Shown here: piece by piece, positions 48,692-60,500 of the stretch
How positions within the stretch are numbered: the first letter of the stretch is position 1
Layout of the letters: every line of letters starts with the position of its first letter
NCBI RefSeq assembly: GCF_006345805.1
Contig: NC_043011.1
Coordinates: 11,408,001 to 11,472,000, forward strand
Source of the DNA: Octopus sinensis
Lineage: Eukaryota
Direction of reading: 5' to 3'
Length of the DNA stretch: 64,000 bases
Translations under genes and position numbers: made by a program
The notes under the pieces: model-generated
Seen by the model: the letters and a program-made list of their open reading frames with translations, nothing else
The model's database searches: none
What the model was told of the DNA's origin: nothing

Positions 48692-48854
48692 GAATGCTGA
48701 TAGGTGGTTATATGTGGGGTATTATTGCTGATGAAATTGGTCGGCGTAAAGTTCTTCTGTTTTCATTAACACTCAATGGTGTTGCAGGCCTTGTTTCCAG
48801 TGTTGCTCAGGAGTACTGGCTTTTCACTTCAATGAGACTAATTAGTGGAATTGG
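48692..48854 (+). CDS. SV2: SV2/SVOP-like MFS transporter, exon 4
   Basis: tttcag|GA ATG...; (G)MLIGGYMWGIIADEIGRRKVLLFSLTLNGVAGLVSSVAQEYWLFTSMRLISGI(G). Contains the MFS motif A (G..AD..GRR). Donor GG|gtaagt, phase 2. Confidence 0.97.
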
Positions 48855-48930
48855 GTAAGTATAAAATTATATAACATACATACACATGCATACCAATAAA
48901 AAGTTATACAAGTTGGCATAGCTGGATGGT

Positions 48931-49314
48931 TGGAGGCACTCCATCGGTTACGACGACGAGGGTTCCGGTTGAACCGAATCAACGGAACAGCCTGCTCGTG
49001 AAATTAACGTGTAAGTGGCTGAGCACTCCACAGACACGTGTACCCTTAACGTAGTTCTCGGGGATATTCAGCGTGACACAGAGTAGTGACAAGGCCGGCC
49101 CTTTGAAATACAGGTACAACAGAAACAGGAAGTAAGAGTGAGAGAAAGTTGTGGTGAAAGAGTACAGCAGGGATCACCACCATCCCCTGCCGAAGCCTCG
49201 TGGAGCTTTAGGTGTTTTCGCTCAATAAACACTCACAACACCCGGTCTGGGAATCGAAAATGCGATCCTATGACCGCGAGTCCGCTGCCCTAACCACTGG
49301 GCCATTGCGCCTCC
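48931..49314 (-). mobile_element. tRNA-derived SINE family B
   Basis: Near-identical to 15611-15991. Confidence 0.88.
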
Positions 49315-49741
49315 ACCACAAGATGGCATAGCTACAACCACTAGCACCAGTAAAGAAACAGTTTTTTCAAAATATGTAAATATGTGTATGTACATCGTAA
49401 ACTTGAGAAGTCTTAATTGAGAAAAGAAAGAGAATGAAATTTTTTTAAATGTTGGCCACTTAAGACTGTTTCTATTACCTTGGTAATGTTGGAAATAGGA
49501 ACAATCTCAGTAGTAAATGTTGCTCTTCTTAGGGAAAGGACATACTGTTGTGTATTTCTATAATTTGGGGTAGATACCCCTGAAGAGTTTTGTGATGATG
49601 TGGCCAGCTTAAGAGCTGATGGTAATGGGTGGAACTTTGTAAGATCTAGTCATCTTTTTGGCTGAAGTAACCAAAGAATTCCTCATTCTTGACGACTGCA
49701 TTTGTGAGGGTAAAATGGAAATTTGAGAATATCATCAGTTA

Positions 49742-50138
49742 TCTTTATATATAAAAGTGAGGTTGTGTGCTGTCTGTCTCCTACGATTTAGATTCCTAAC
49801 TACTCCCACATTTTGCGGTGCAGTTTAACCAAAACCAGATATCTTATAGTCATGATTCATATCGAGCCCTTCTGGGTATTAGCGCGTCTACGATGAGTCT
49901 ACAATTTAAAAAAAAATTTACCATCAATTTTTCCCATTTTTTAATGCATTTTTGGCATATATAAGGGAAGTAACTCTCTAAAAATTTATTATTAAATCTC
50001 AGAACGTAAAAAGCTACAGTAACCCCCCCCCCCTTTGTGGTTAGCCATATTGAGATGGCTATTATACTTTACATCTCTAAAAATGCTTATATAGTTATTT
50101 CCCTTACAAACCCGAGCAACGCTGGGCGATACTGCTTG
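49742..50138 (+). mobile_element. Non-autonomous Helitron family 1
   Basis: a|TC start, CCCGAGCAACGCTGGG hairpin, CTTG|t end (variant of CTAG). The 3' end matches that of 39538-39895. Confidence 0.8.
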
Positions 50139-50505
50139 TATGTATATAAATCAGATCCAAGACAAAATAAAGGCAGAATATAGGTACATGCACTGTAAAT
50201 GAATTGTTTTGTGAAAGGAAAGATGTTTATCACAAATTAGAAGGTTCGTGGAGGGACATTCTATGTTAAATATATTGATATTTAAGAGTTTTGATTAAAG
50301 AGTCTGAATTAGAAAAAAAATGTATGAACTACTTGTAAGTGGGACAGCAAATGGAAAATGTGATGAATTTCAGACCTTCCTCCTCGTTCCCAGTCCGGGC
50401 GTCTCCCTTCACTCCTCCACACTACTAATTTCTAATGTTTTAACTGCAAATGTACCCAAAACAAAAGTTAACTATTATGTGACTAAGGAAAAATCTATAT
50501 AATTG

Positions 50506-50905
50506 TAGGCATAGGAGTGGCTGTGTGGTAAGTAGCTTGTTTACCAACCACATGGTTCCGGGTTCAGTCCCAGTGCGTGGCATCTTGGGTAAGTGTATTC
50601 TACTATAGCCTCGGGCCGACCAATGCCTTGTGAGTGGATTTGGTAGACGGAAACTGAAAGAAACCCGTCGTATATATATGTATGTTTGTGTGTCTGTGTT
50701 TGTCCTCCCAACATCGCTTGACAACCGATGCTGGTGTGTTTACGTCTCCGTAACTTAGCGGTTCGGCAAAAGAGACCGATAGAATAAGTACTTGGCTTAC
50801 AAAGAATAAGTCCTGGGGTCGATTTGCTCAACTAAAAGGCGGTGCTCCAGCATGGCCACAGTCAAATGACTGAAAAAAGTAAAAGAGTAAAAGAGAGTAA
50901 AGAGT
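50506..50905 (+). mobile_element. SINE family A
   Basis: Full head to tail. Confidence 0.9.
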
Positions 50906-50987
50906 ATATTACATATTTTCCACTGATATTTGTCTTACATCAACTAAAATGAAGACAAAGTCAGAAATCAACCTTTATTAGAATATT

Positions 50988-51222
50988 AACCTATTTCTTT
51001 ACTACCCACAAGGGGCTAAACACAGAGAGGACAAGCAAGGACACACAAACGGATTAAGTCGATTATATCAACTCCAGTGCATAGCTGGTACTTATTTAAT
51101 CAACCCCGAAAGGATGAAAGGCAAAGTCGACCTCGGCGGAATTTGAACTCAGAACGTAGCGGTAGACGAAATACCGCTAAGCATTTTGCCCACCATGCTA
51201 ACGTTTCTGCCAGCTCGCCGCC
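50988..51222 (-). mobile_element. tRNA-derived SINE family C (central GTCGACTTTGCCTTTCATCCTTTCGGGG, Deu/Nin-like)
   Basis: Head GGCGGCGAGCTGGCAGAA...GAGTTCAAATTCC. Decayed relatives at ~53545-53910. The domain name is from memory. Confidence 0.75.
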
Positions 51223-52257
51223 TTATCTAAAAAGTGACCTACTGCTCCTATCCTTTTGTGCCTGTTCCTCAAACATTATTTGGGGACTTTGAAATGTAAT
51301 AAAATATCAAAAATGCTGCTCATGTTAAGTTCCAAATACCATTTCTCTTTGTTCACAAATTCTTTTCACAACACAAGAAATTTTAGAAGAATCTGTATTT
51401 TGTCACATGCCAATACACTAATCTCTAAAAATAATTTTCAGTAACATACTAAGACATTGAGCACATAGCATTCCTTGAGCCATTGAAGAAGGCTCTTCTA
51501 GGCATAGCAGCCAAATCTCTCACATCACACCTTAAGTCTCATGAAATGAAAGGTAACGTATATCAGATAACGTATTTCTAGATAGTCTATGTCTGATAAA
51601 AGAAATGGGTGCATGTTCATAGTTGGAATGGCTTTGATATAGTTCTGTTAAATTATGGCTGGTTAAGGACTAAACAAAAACAACAATTACATTACAAGTA
51701 AGAGCAGCATGCTCATCACTGAATATTTCTCATAATAACTGACTGACCCTTCTCTTATGTATCAAAAAATACTTCAACTGTTCCCCATTTTCTGACTAGA
51801 GCATGTCTGAGAGGGAATTTGTGTCCAACTCTGCAGGTCTTGCACCAAATAGGTTTCCCCATTTCTTTTCCCATAGAATTTCAGCTCAATGAAATTCCTT
51901 CCCTGTTCATGAAATTCCTGTAAATGTTGACTTGTAACTGTTGAAGTGGAAATTCTTTAGAGCATCAGTTCCATTGGTCATAGAGAGCCTGCAAAGCCAA
52001 AGACACTGCCTCTTCCTCCAGATCTGTTAACCCTTTAGTATTTAAATGGGCCTTATCAGGCTCATGTATTTTACCTGTTTTATGTTGAGGTAAAACAAGA
52101 TAGTATATCACATCAACTTTAATTGAGGGTGTTTAGTGGTATCAAGGAAAAGTTGCATCTATATAACTAGTCCCAAAATTTGCAAATATTCAAATTTAAA
52201 AATGCTATCCTTCTTCCTACTTTCAGCTGTAGGTGAAAAATGCAAGCAAAAGTAAAA

Positions 52258-52664
52258 GGATCTTTTCGGTTTGAACGGCAGTTTTTAACATAATTTCTAG
52301 GTAATTTTAAACTTCGTATACTGGTAGAATGTGTTTATAAAACAACCTTTTCTCTTGGCTTTATTGAGAAAATTCTATAGTTTGTAAGATATTTGTTGTT
52401 TTTTCTTCAATTTCTGCTATTTCAACCAATCACTGACGTCTATTGAGGTAAATAAACATTCTGTGCCGTATGAATGTGTCCCTCGTTTAAGAAACAGATT
52501 GGGTTTATTTACATTTCTGAAGAAAAAAGATACCCTTTCCCCTACCCCTAACCCTAAACCTAAAACAGATTGAAATGCAATAGATCGATTCTAGGGTCAT
52601 AATTATGGGTGACAATTTCATATGACACCGTTAGAAAAAACTGCCGTTCAAACCAAAAAGATCC
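52258..52664. mobile_element. GGATC-ended MITE with perfect 8-bp TSD
   Basis: TSD aagtaaaa/aagtaaaa. Confidence 0.92.
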
Positions 52665-52725
52665 AAGTAAAAATCTATTCATCTTACTTTTCTCTTTTTA
52701 ATTAATTTTACTTCTTTTCTGTCAG

Positions 52726-52847
52726 AGTTGGTGGCAGCGTTCCTGTTGTATTTTCCTATTTTATTGAATTCCAACCAAAGAAGCGCCGTGGTGCTATGGT
52801 TTCTCTATTAGCTTCATTTTGGATGAGTGGCACAATAGTGGCTGCTG
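52726..52847 (+). CDS. SV2: SV2/SVOP-like MFS transporter, exon 5
   Basis: ctgtcag|A GTT...; (G)VGGSVPVVFSYFIEFQPKKRRGAMVSLLASFWMSGTIVAA(G), donor G|gtgagt. Typical Y..E..P...RG motif. Confidence 0.97.
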
Positions 52848-52990
52848 GTGAGTTTCATTTGGTTCTGTTGACTTTTCATCAAATTTTTTGATTATGATTA
52901 TGCTGCCTTGTTACAATTATAATATATGAAGCTTATGATAAAGATAATACTAATAATAATAATAATGTTCATAGTAAGAATTAGCTACAT

Positions 52991-53410
52991 AGGTGCAGGA
53001 GTGGCTGTGTGGCAAGTAGCTTTCTTACCAACCACATGGTTCCGGGTTCAGTCCCACTGTGTGGCACCTTGGGCAAGTGTCTTCTGCTATAGCCCCGGGC
53101 CGACCAATGCCTTGTGAGTGCATTTGGTAGACGGAAACTGAAAGAAGCCTGTTGTATATATGTATATGTATATATATATAGATATATATGTATATGTGTG
53201 TGTGTGTGTTTGTATCTGTGTTTGTCCCCTCCAACATCACTTGACAACCGATGCTGGTGTGTTTACGTCCCATTACTTAGCGGTTTGGCAAAAGAGACCG
53301 ATAGAATAAGTACTGGGCTTACAAAGAATAAGTCCTGGGGTTGATTTCCTCGACTAAAGGGCAGTGCTCCAGCATGGCCACAGTCAAATGACTGAAACAA
53401 GTAGAGAGTA
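52991..53410 (+). mobile_element. SINE family A
   Basis: Full head to tail. Confidence 0.9.
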
Positions 53411-53489
53411 TAGGTCTGAGGTTATGAAATGATAATAAGAAATTTTGAATCATCAGGAGCAGTGGTCGCAGCATTGGCGTCAGCATCAT

Positions 53490-53660
53490 AACAACAACAA
53501 CAATAATAATAATCCTTTTTATTCCAGGCACAAGGCTTATTGACCCCGGTGATCCAAGGTCAACATCAGTGCAATTTGAACTCAAAATGTGAAGTCAGAC
53601 GAAATGCTGCCAAGCATTTTGCCTAGTGTGCTAATGCTTCTGCCAGTCGCTGCCTTAGTG

Positions 53661-53698
<38 letters not shown>

Positions 53699-53909
53699 TA
53701 TAATCCTTTCTATTATAGGCACAAGGCCTGAAATTTTTTGGGGGAGGGAGACATTTGATTACATCAACACCAGTACTCAACTGGTACTTATTTTATCGAC
53801 CCTGAAAGGCAACGTCGACCTTGTCAGAAATTGAACCCAAAACGTGAAGACAGATGAAATACCACTAAGCATTTCACCCAATGTGCTAATGACTGCCAGC
53901 TTGCCACTT

Positions 53910-53945
<36 letters not shown>

Positions 53946-54000
53946 AGCAGCAGCAGAAGCAGTAATAATAATGATAATAATAATAATAATAGTAGTAGTA
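53490..54000 (-). repeat. Chain of decayed SINE C copies separated by (CAA)/(TAA)/(TAG) microsatellites
   Basis: Two SINE-C-like segments at ~53545-53655 and ~53760-53905 flanked by triplet runs. Confidence 0.65.
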
Positions 54001-54379
54001 TCCAAAAGAAATAAAGGGGATCTGAATACCGTGGAATTTTCTGTGTAGCAGAATTAAATCCATCAGTATGAGACAAAATTTTAAAACTTACTAGATTACC
54101 TGTGTGTTGTTATGTATATGTACATGCATCAATGCATATGCATACATCTGTTTTTGTATGTACACATTCATACATCTTTCACACACACACACACGCACAC
54201 ACACATTCACACACCTTTCTTGCTATGATATAAATTGATTACCAAAGAGTATAGATGGAGTTAGTGATTACAAAATAATATAGTTAGGATTAATGACATT
54301 GAGAAATATGCTATTGGACACCTTAGCTTAGCAACACATTGACAACCTCAGCACAACAGTTTCAGATATAAATGACATA

Positions 54380-54557
54380 ATCATCATCATCATCATCATC
54401 ATCATCGTTTAACGTCCATTCTCCATGCTACCATGGGTTGAACGGTTCGACCGAGGATCTGGGAAGCCAGAAGGCTGCAGCAGGCTCCAGTCTGATCTGG
54501 CAATGTTTCTACGGCTGGATGCCCTTCCTAACGCCAAGCACTGCGTGAGTGTAGTGG
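54380..54557 (-). mobile_element. RTE 3' terminus with (GAT)n tail that leads directly into the satellite
   Basis: Nearly identical to 30172-30340. Confidence 0.95.
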
Positions 54558-57500
54558 GTGCTTTTTACGTGCCACCGGCACAGGTGCCAGGCGATGCTGG
54601 CAGACGGCCACGATCGAATGGTGCTTTTTACGTGCCACCGGAACGGGGGCCAGGCGAGGCTGGCAAATGGCCATGATCGGATGGTGCTTTTTACGTGCCA
54701 ACGGCACGGGGGCCAGTCGAGGCTGGCAAACGGCCACGATCGGATGGTGCTTTTTACATGCCACCAGTACTGGGGCCAGGCGAGGCTGGCAAACGGCCAT
54801 AAGCGGATGGTGCTTTTTACATGCCACCGGCACTGGGGCCAGGCGATGCTGGCAGACGGCCACGATCGGATGGTGCTTTTTACGTGCCACCGGCACGGGG
54901 GCCAGGCGGGGCTGGCAAATGGCCACGATCGGATGGTGCTTTTTACGTGCCAGGCGAGGCTGGCAAACGCCCATGATCGGATGGTGCTTTTTACGTGCCA
55001 CCGGCACTGGGGCCAGGCGAAACTGGCAAATGGCCACGATCGGATGGTGCTTTTTACGTGCCAACGGCACGGGGGCCAGGCGAGGCTGGCAAACGGCCAC
55101 GATCGGATGGTGCTTTTTACATGCCACCAGTACTGGGGCCAGGCGAGGCTGGCAAACGGCCATAAGCGGATGGTGCTTTTTACATGCCACCGGCACTGGG
55201 GCCAGGCGATGCTGGCAGACGGCCACGATCGGATGGTGCTTTTTACGTGCCACCGGCACGGGGGCCAGGCGGGGCTGGCAAATGGCCACGATCGGATGGT
55301 GCTTTTTACGTGCCAGGCGAGGCTGGCAAACGCCCATGATCGGATGGTGCAAACGCCCATGATCGGCCAGGCGAGGCTGGCAAACGGCCACGGTCGGATG
55401 GTGCTTTTTACGTGCCACCGGCACTGGGGCCAGGCGTGGCTGGCAAATGGCCACGATCGGATGGTGCAATTTACGTGCCAACGGCACGGGGGCCAGGCGA
55501 GGTGGCAAACCGGCACGATCGGATGGTGCTTTTTACGTGCCACCAGCACTGGGGCTAGGCGAGGCTGGCAAACAGCCATGATCGGATGGTTCTTTTTACG
55601 TGCCACCGGCACAAGGGGCAGGCGTGGTCTACAAACGGCCATGATCGGATGGTGCCTTTTACGTGCCACCGGCACTGGGGCCATGTCAGACTGGCAAACG
55701 GCCATGATCAGATGGTGCTTTTTACGTGCCACCGGCACGGCGGCCAGGAAAGGCTGGCAAACGGCCACGATCGGATGGTGCTTTTTACGTGCCACCGGCA
55801 CTGGGGCCAGGCGAGACTGGCAAACGGCCATGATCGGATGGTGCTGTTTACGTGCCACCGGCACAAGGGGCAGGTGTGGCCTACAAACGGCGATGATCGG
55901 ATGGTGCCTTTTACGTGCCACCGGCACTGGGGCCGCCGGCTCTGGGGCCGTATCAGACTGGCAAACGGCCATGATCAGATGGTGCTTTTTACGTGCCACC
56001 GGCACGGGGGCCAGGCAAGGCTGGCAAACGGCCACGATCGGATGGTGCTTTTTACGTGCCACCAGCACGGGGGCCAGGAGAGGCTGGCAAACGGCCACGA
56101 TCGGATGGTGCTTTTTATGTGCCAACGGCACTGGGGACAGGCGGGGCTGGCAAACAGCCACGATCGGATGGTGCTTTTTACGTGCCACCTGCACTGGGGC
56201 CGGGCGAGGCTGGCAAACGGCCACAATCGGATGGTGCTTTTTACATGCCACCGGCACGAGGGCCAGGTGACGCTAGCATACGGCCAAGATCGGATGGTGC
56301 TTTTTACGTTCCACCGGCACGGCGGCCAGGCGAGGCTGGCAAACGGCCACGATCGGATGGTGCTTTTTACGTGCCACCGGCACTGGGTCCTGGCGAGGCT
56401 GGCAAATGGCCACGATCGGATGGTGCTTTTTACGTGCCAACGGCATGGCGGCCAGGCGAGGCTGGCAAACGGCCATGATCGGATGGTGCTTTTTACGTGC
56501 CACCGGCACTGGGTCCTGGCGAGGCTGGCAAATGGCCACGATCGGATGGTGCTTTTTACGTGCCAACGGCATGGGGGCCAGGCGAGGTGGCAAACGGCCA
56601 CGATCTGATGGTGCTTTTTACGTGCCAGCAGCCCTGGGGCCAGGGGAGGCTGGCAAACGGCCATCATCGGATGGTGCTTTTTATGTGCCACCGGCACTGG
56701 GGCCGGGCGTGGTTGGCAAACGGCCACGATCGGATGGTGCTTTTTACGTGCCACCGGCACTGGGGCCAGGCGTGGTTGGCAAACGGCCACGATCGGATGG
56801 TGCTTTTTACGTGCCACCGGCGAAGGGGGCCAGGCGAGGCTGGCAAACGGCCACGATCGGATGGTGCTTTTTACATGCCACTGGCACTGCAGCCAGGCGA
56901 GGCTGGCAAATGGCCATGATCGGATTGTGCTTTTTACGTGCCACGGGCACGGGTGCCAGGCGAGGCTGGCAAACGGCCACGATCGGATGGTGCCTTTTAT
57001 GTGCCACCGGCACTGGGGCCAGGCTAGGCTGGCAAACGGCCACGATCGGATGGTGCTTTTTACGTGCCACTGGCACGGGGGCCAGGCGAGACTAGCAAAC
57101 GGCCAAGATCGGATTGTGCTTTTTACCTGCCACCGGCACGGCGGCCAGGCGAGGCTGGCAAACGGCCACGATCGGATGGTGCTTTTTACGTGCCACCGGC
57201 ACTGGGGCCAAGTGAGGCTGGCAAACGGCCATGATCGTATGGTTCTTTATACGTGCCACCAGCACTGGGGCCAGGCTAGGCTGGCAAACGGCCACGATCG
57301 GATGGTGCATTTTATGCGCCAACGGCACTGGGGCCAGGCGAGGTTGGCAAACGGCCACGATCAGATGGTGGTTTTTACGTGCCACCGGCACTGGGGCCAG
57401 CGGGGGCTTACAAACAGCCACGATCGGATGGTGCTTTTTACGTGCCACCTGCACAGGTTCCAGGCGAGGCTGGCAAACAGCCACGATCGAATGGTGCTTT

Positions 57501-60500
57501 TTACGTCCCACCGGCATGGGGGCCAGGCGAGGCTGGCAAACGGCCACGATCGGTGCTTTTTACGTCCCACCGGCACGGGGGCCAGGCGAGGGTGGCAAAC
57601 GGCCACGATCGGATGGTGCTTTTTACATCCCACTGGCACTGGGGCCAGGCGAGGCTGGCAAATGGCCATGATCGGATAGTGCTTTTTACGTGCCACCGGC
57701 ACGGGGGCCAAGAGAGACTGGCAAACGGTCACGATCGGATGGTGCTTTTTATGTGCCACTGGCACTGGGGCCAGGCGAGGCTGGCAAACGGCCACGATCG
57801 GATGGTGATTTTTACGTGCCACCAGCATGGCGGCCAGGCGAGGCTGGCAAACGGCCACGATCAGATGGTGCTTTTTACGTGCCACCGGCACGGGCCAGAC
57901 GAGGCTGGCAAACGGCCTTGATCGGATGGTGCTATTTACATGCCACCGGCATTGTGGCCAGGTGAGGCTGGCAGACGGCCACGATCGGATGGTGCTTTTT
58001 ACGTGCCACCGGCACTGGGACCAGGTGAGGCTGGCAAACGGCCACGGTCGGATGGTACTTTTTACGTGCCACTGGCACTGGGGCCAGGTGAGGCTGGCAA
58101 ACGGCCACGATCGGATGGTGCTTTTTACGTCCACTGGCACTGGGGCCAGGCGAGGCTGGCAAACGGCCATGATCGGATGGTGCTTTTTACGTGCCGCCGG
58201 CACAGGTGCCAGGCGAGGCTGGAAAACGGCCATGATCGGAGGGTGCTTTTTACGTGCGACCAGCACGGCTGCCAGGCGAGGCTGGCAAACGGCCACGATC
58301 AGATGGTGCTTTTTACGTGCCACCGGCACGGGGGCCAGGCGAGGCTGCCAAACGGCCACGATCGGATGGTGCTTTTTACATGCCACTGGCACTGCAGCCA
58401 GGCGAGGCTGGCAAATGGCCATGATCGGATGGTGCTGTTTACGTGCCACCGGCACGGGTGCCAGGCGAGGCTGGCAAACGGCCACGATCGGATGGTGCTT
58501 TTTATGTGCCGCCGGCACTGGGGCCAGGCGAGGCTGGCAAATGGCCACGATCGGATGGTGCTTTTCACGTGCCACCGGCACGGGGGCCAGGCGAGGCTAT
58601 CAAACGGCCAAGATCGGATGGTGCTTTTTACGTGCCACCGGCACGGGGGCCAGGCGAGACTGGCAAACGGCCACGATCGGATGGTGCTTTTTATGTGCCA
58701 CCGGCACTGGGGCCAGGGGAGGCTGGCAAACGGCCACGATCGGATGGTGATTTTTACGTGCCACCAGCACGGCGGCCAGGCGAGACTGGCAAACGGCCAC
58801 GATCGGATGGTGCTTTTTACGTGCCACTGCACGGGGGCCAGGCGAGGCTGGCAAACGGCCACGATCGGATGGTGATTTTTACGTGCCACCAGCATGGCGG
58901 CCAGGCGAGGCTGGCAAACGGCCACGATCAGATGGTGCTTTTTACGTGCCACCGGCACGGGCCAGACGAGGCTGGCAAACGGGCTTGATCGGATGGTGCT
59001 ATTTACATGCCACCGGCATTGTGGCCAGGTGAGGCTGGCAGACGGCCACGATCGGATGGTGCTTTTTACGTGCCACCGGCACTGGGACCAGGTAAGGCTG
59101 GCAAACGGCCACGATCGGATGGTACTTTTTACGTGCCACTGGCACTGGGGCCAGGTGAGGCTGGCAAACGGCCACGATCGGATGGTGCTTTTTACGTCCA
59201 CTGGCACTGGGGCCAGGCGAGGCTGGCAAACGGCCATGATCGGATGGTGCTTTTTACGTGCCGCCGGCACAGGTGCCAGGCGAGGCTGGAAAACGGCCAT
59301 GATCGGAGGGTGCTTTTTACGTGCGACCAGCACGGGGGCCAGGCGAGGCTGCCAAACGGCCACGATCGGATGGTGCTTTTTACATGCCACTGGCACTGCA
59401 GCCAGGCGAGGCTGGCAAATGGCCATGATCGGATGGTGCTCTTTACGTGCCACCGGCACTGATGCCAGGCGAGGCTGGCAAACGGCCACGATCGGATGGT
59501 GCTTTTTATGTGCCACCGGCACTGGGGCCAGGCGAGGCTGGCAAATGGCCACGATCGGATGGTGCTTTTTACGTTCCACCGGCACGGGGGCCAGGCGAGG
59601 CTATCAAACGGCCAAGATCGGATGGTGCTTTTTACGTGCCACCGGCACGGCGGCCAGGTGAGGCTGGCAAACGGCCATGATCGGATGGTGCATTTTATGC
59701 GCCAACGGCACTGGGGCCAGGCTAGGTTGGCAAACGGCCACGATCAGATGATGCTTTTTATGTGCCACAGGCACGGGGGCCAGGCGAGGCTGGCAAACGG
59801 CCATGATCGGATGGTGCTTTTTATGTGCCACCGGCACTGGGGCCAGGCGAGGCTGGCAAATGGCCACGATCGGATGGTGCTTTTCACGTGCCACCGGCAC
59901 GGGGGCCAGGCGAGGCTATCAAACGGCCAAGATCGGATGGTGCATTTTACGTGCCACCTGCACAGGTGCCAGGCGAGGCTGGCAAACAGCCACGATCGGA
60001 TGGTGCTTTTTACGTCCCACCGGCATGGGGGCCGGGCGAGGCTGGAAAACGGCCACGATCGGATGGTGCTGTTTACGTACCACCGGCACTGGGGCCAGGC
60101 TGGGCTGGCAAACAGCCACGATTGGATGGTGCTTTTTACGTCCCACTGGCACAGGTGCCAGGCGAGGCTGGCAAATGGCCACGATTGGATGGTGCTTTTT
60201 ATGTCCCACCGGCACGGGGGCCGGGCGAGGCTGGCAAACGGCCACGATCGGATGGTGCTTTTTACGTTCCACCGGCACTGGGGCCAGGTGAGGCTGGCAA
60301 ATGGCCATGATAGGTGGTGCTTTTTACGTGCCAACGGCACTGGGGCCAGGCGAGCCTGGCAAACGGCCACGATCGGATGGTGCTTTTTATGTGCCAAAGG
60401 CACTGCGGCCAGGCGAGGTTGGCAAACGGCCACGATCGGATGGTGCTTTTTACATCCCACTGGCACTGGGGCCAGGCGAGGCTGGCAAATGGCCATCATC

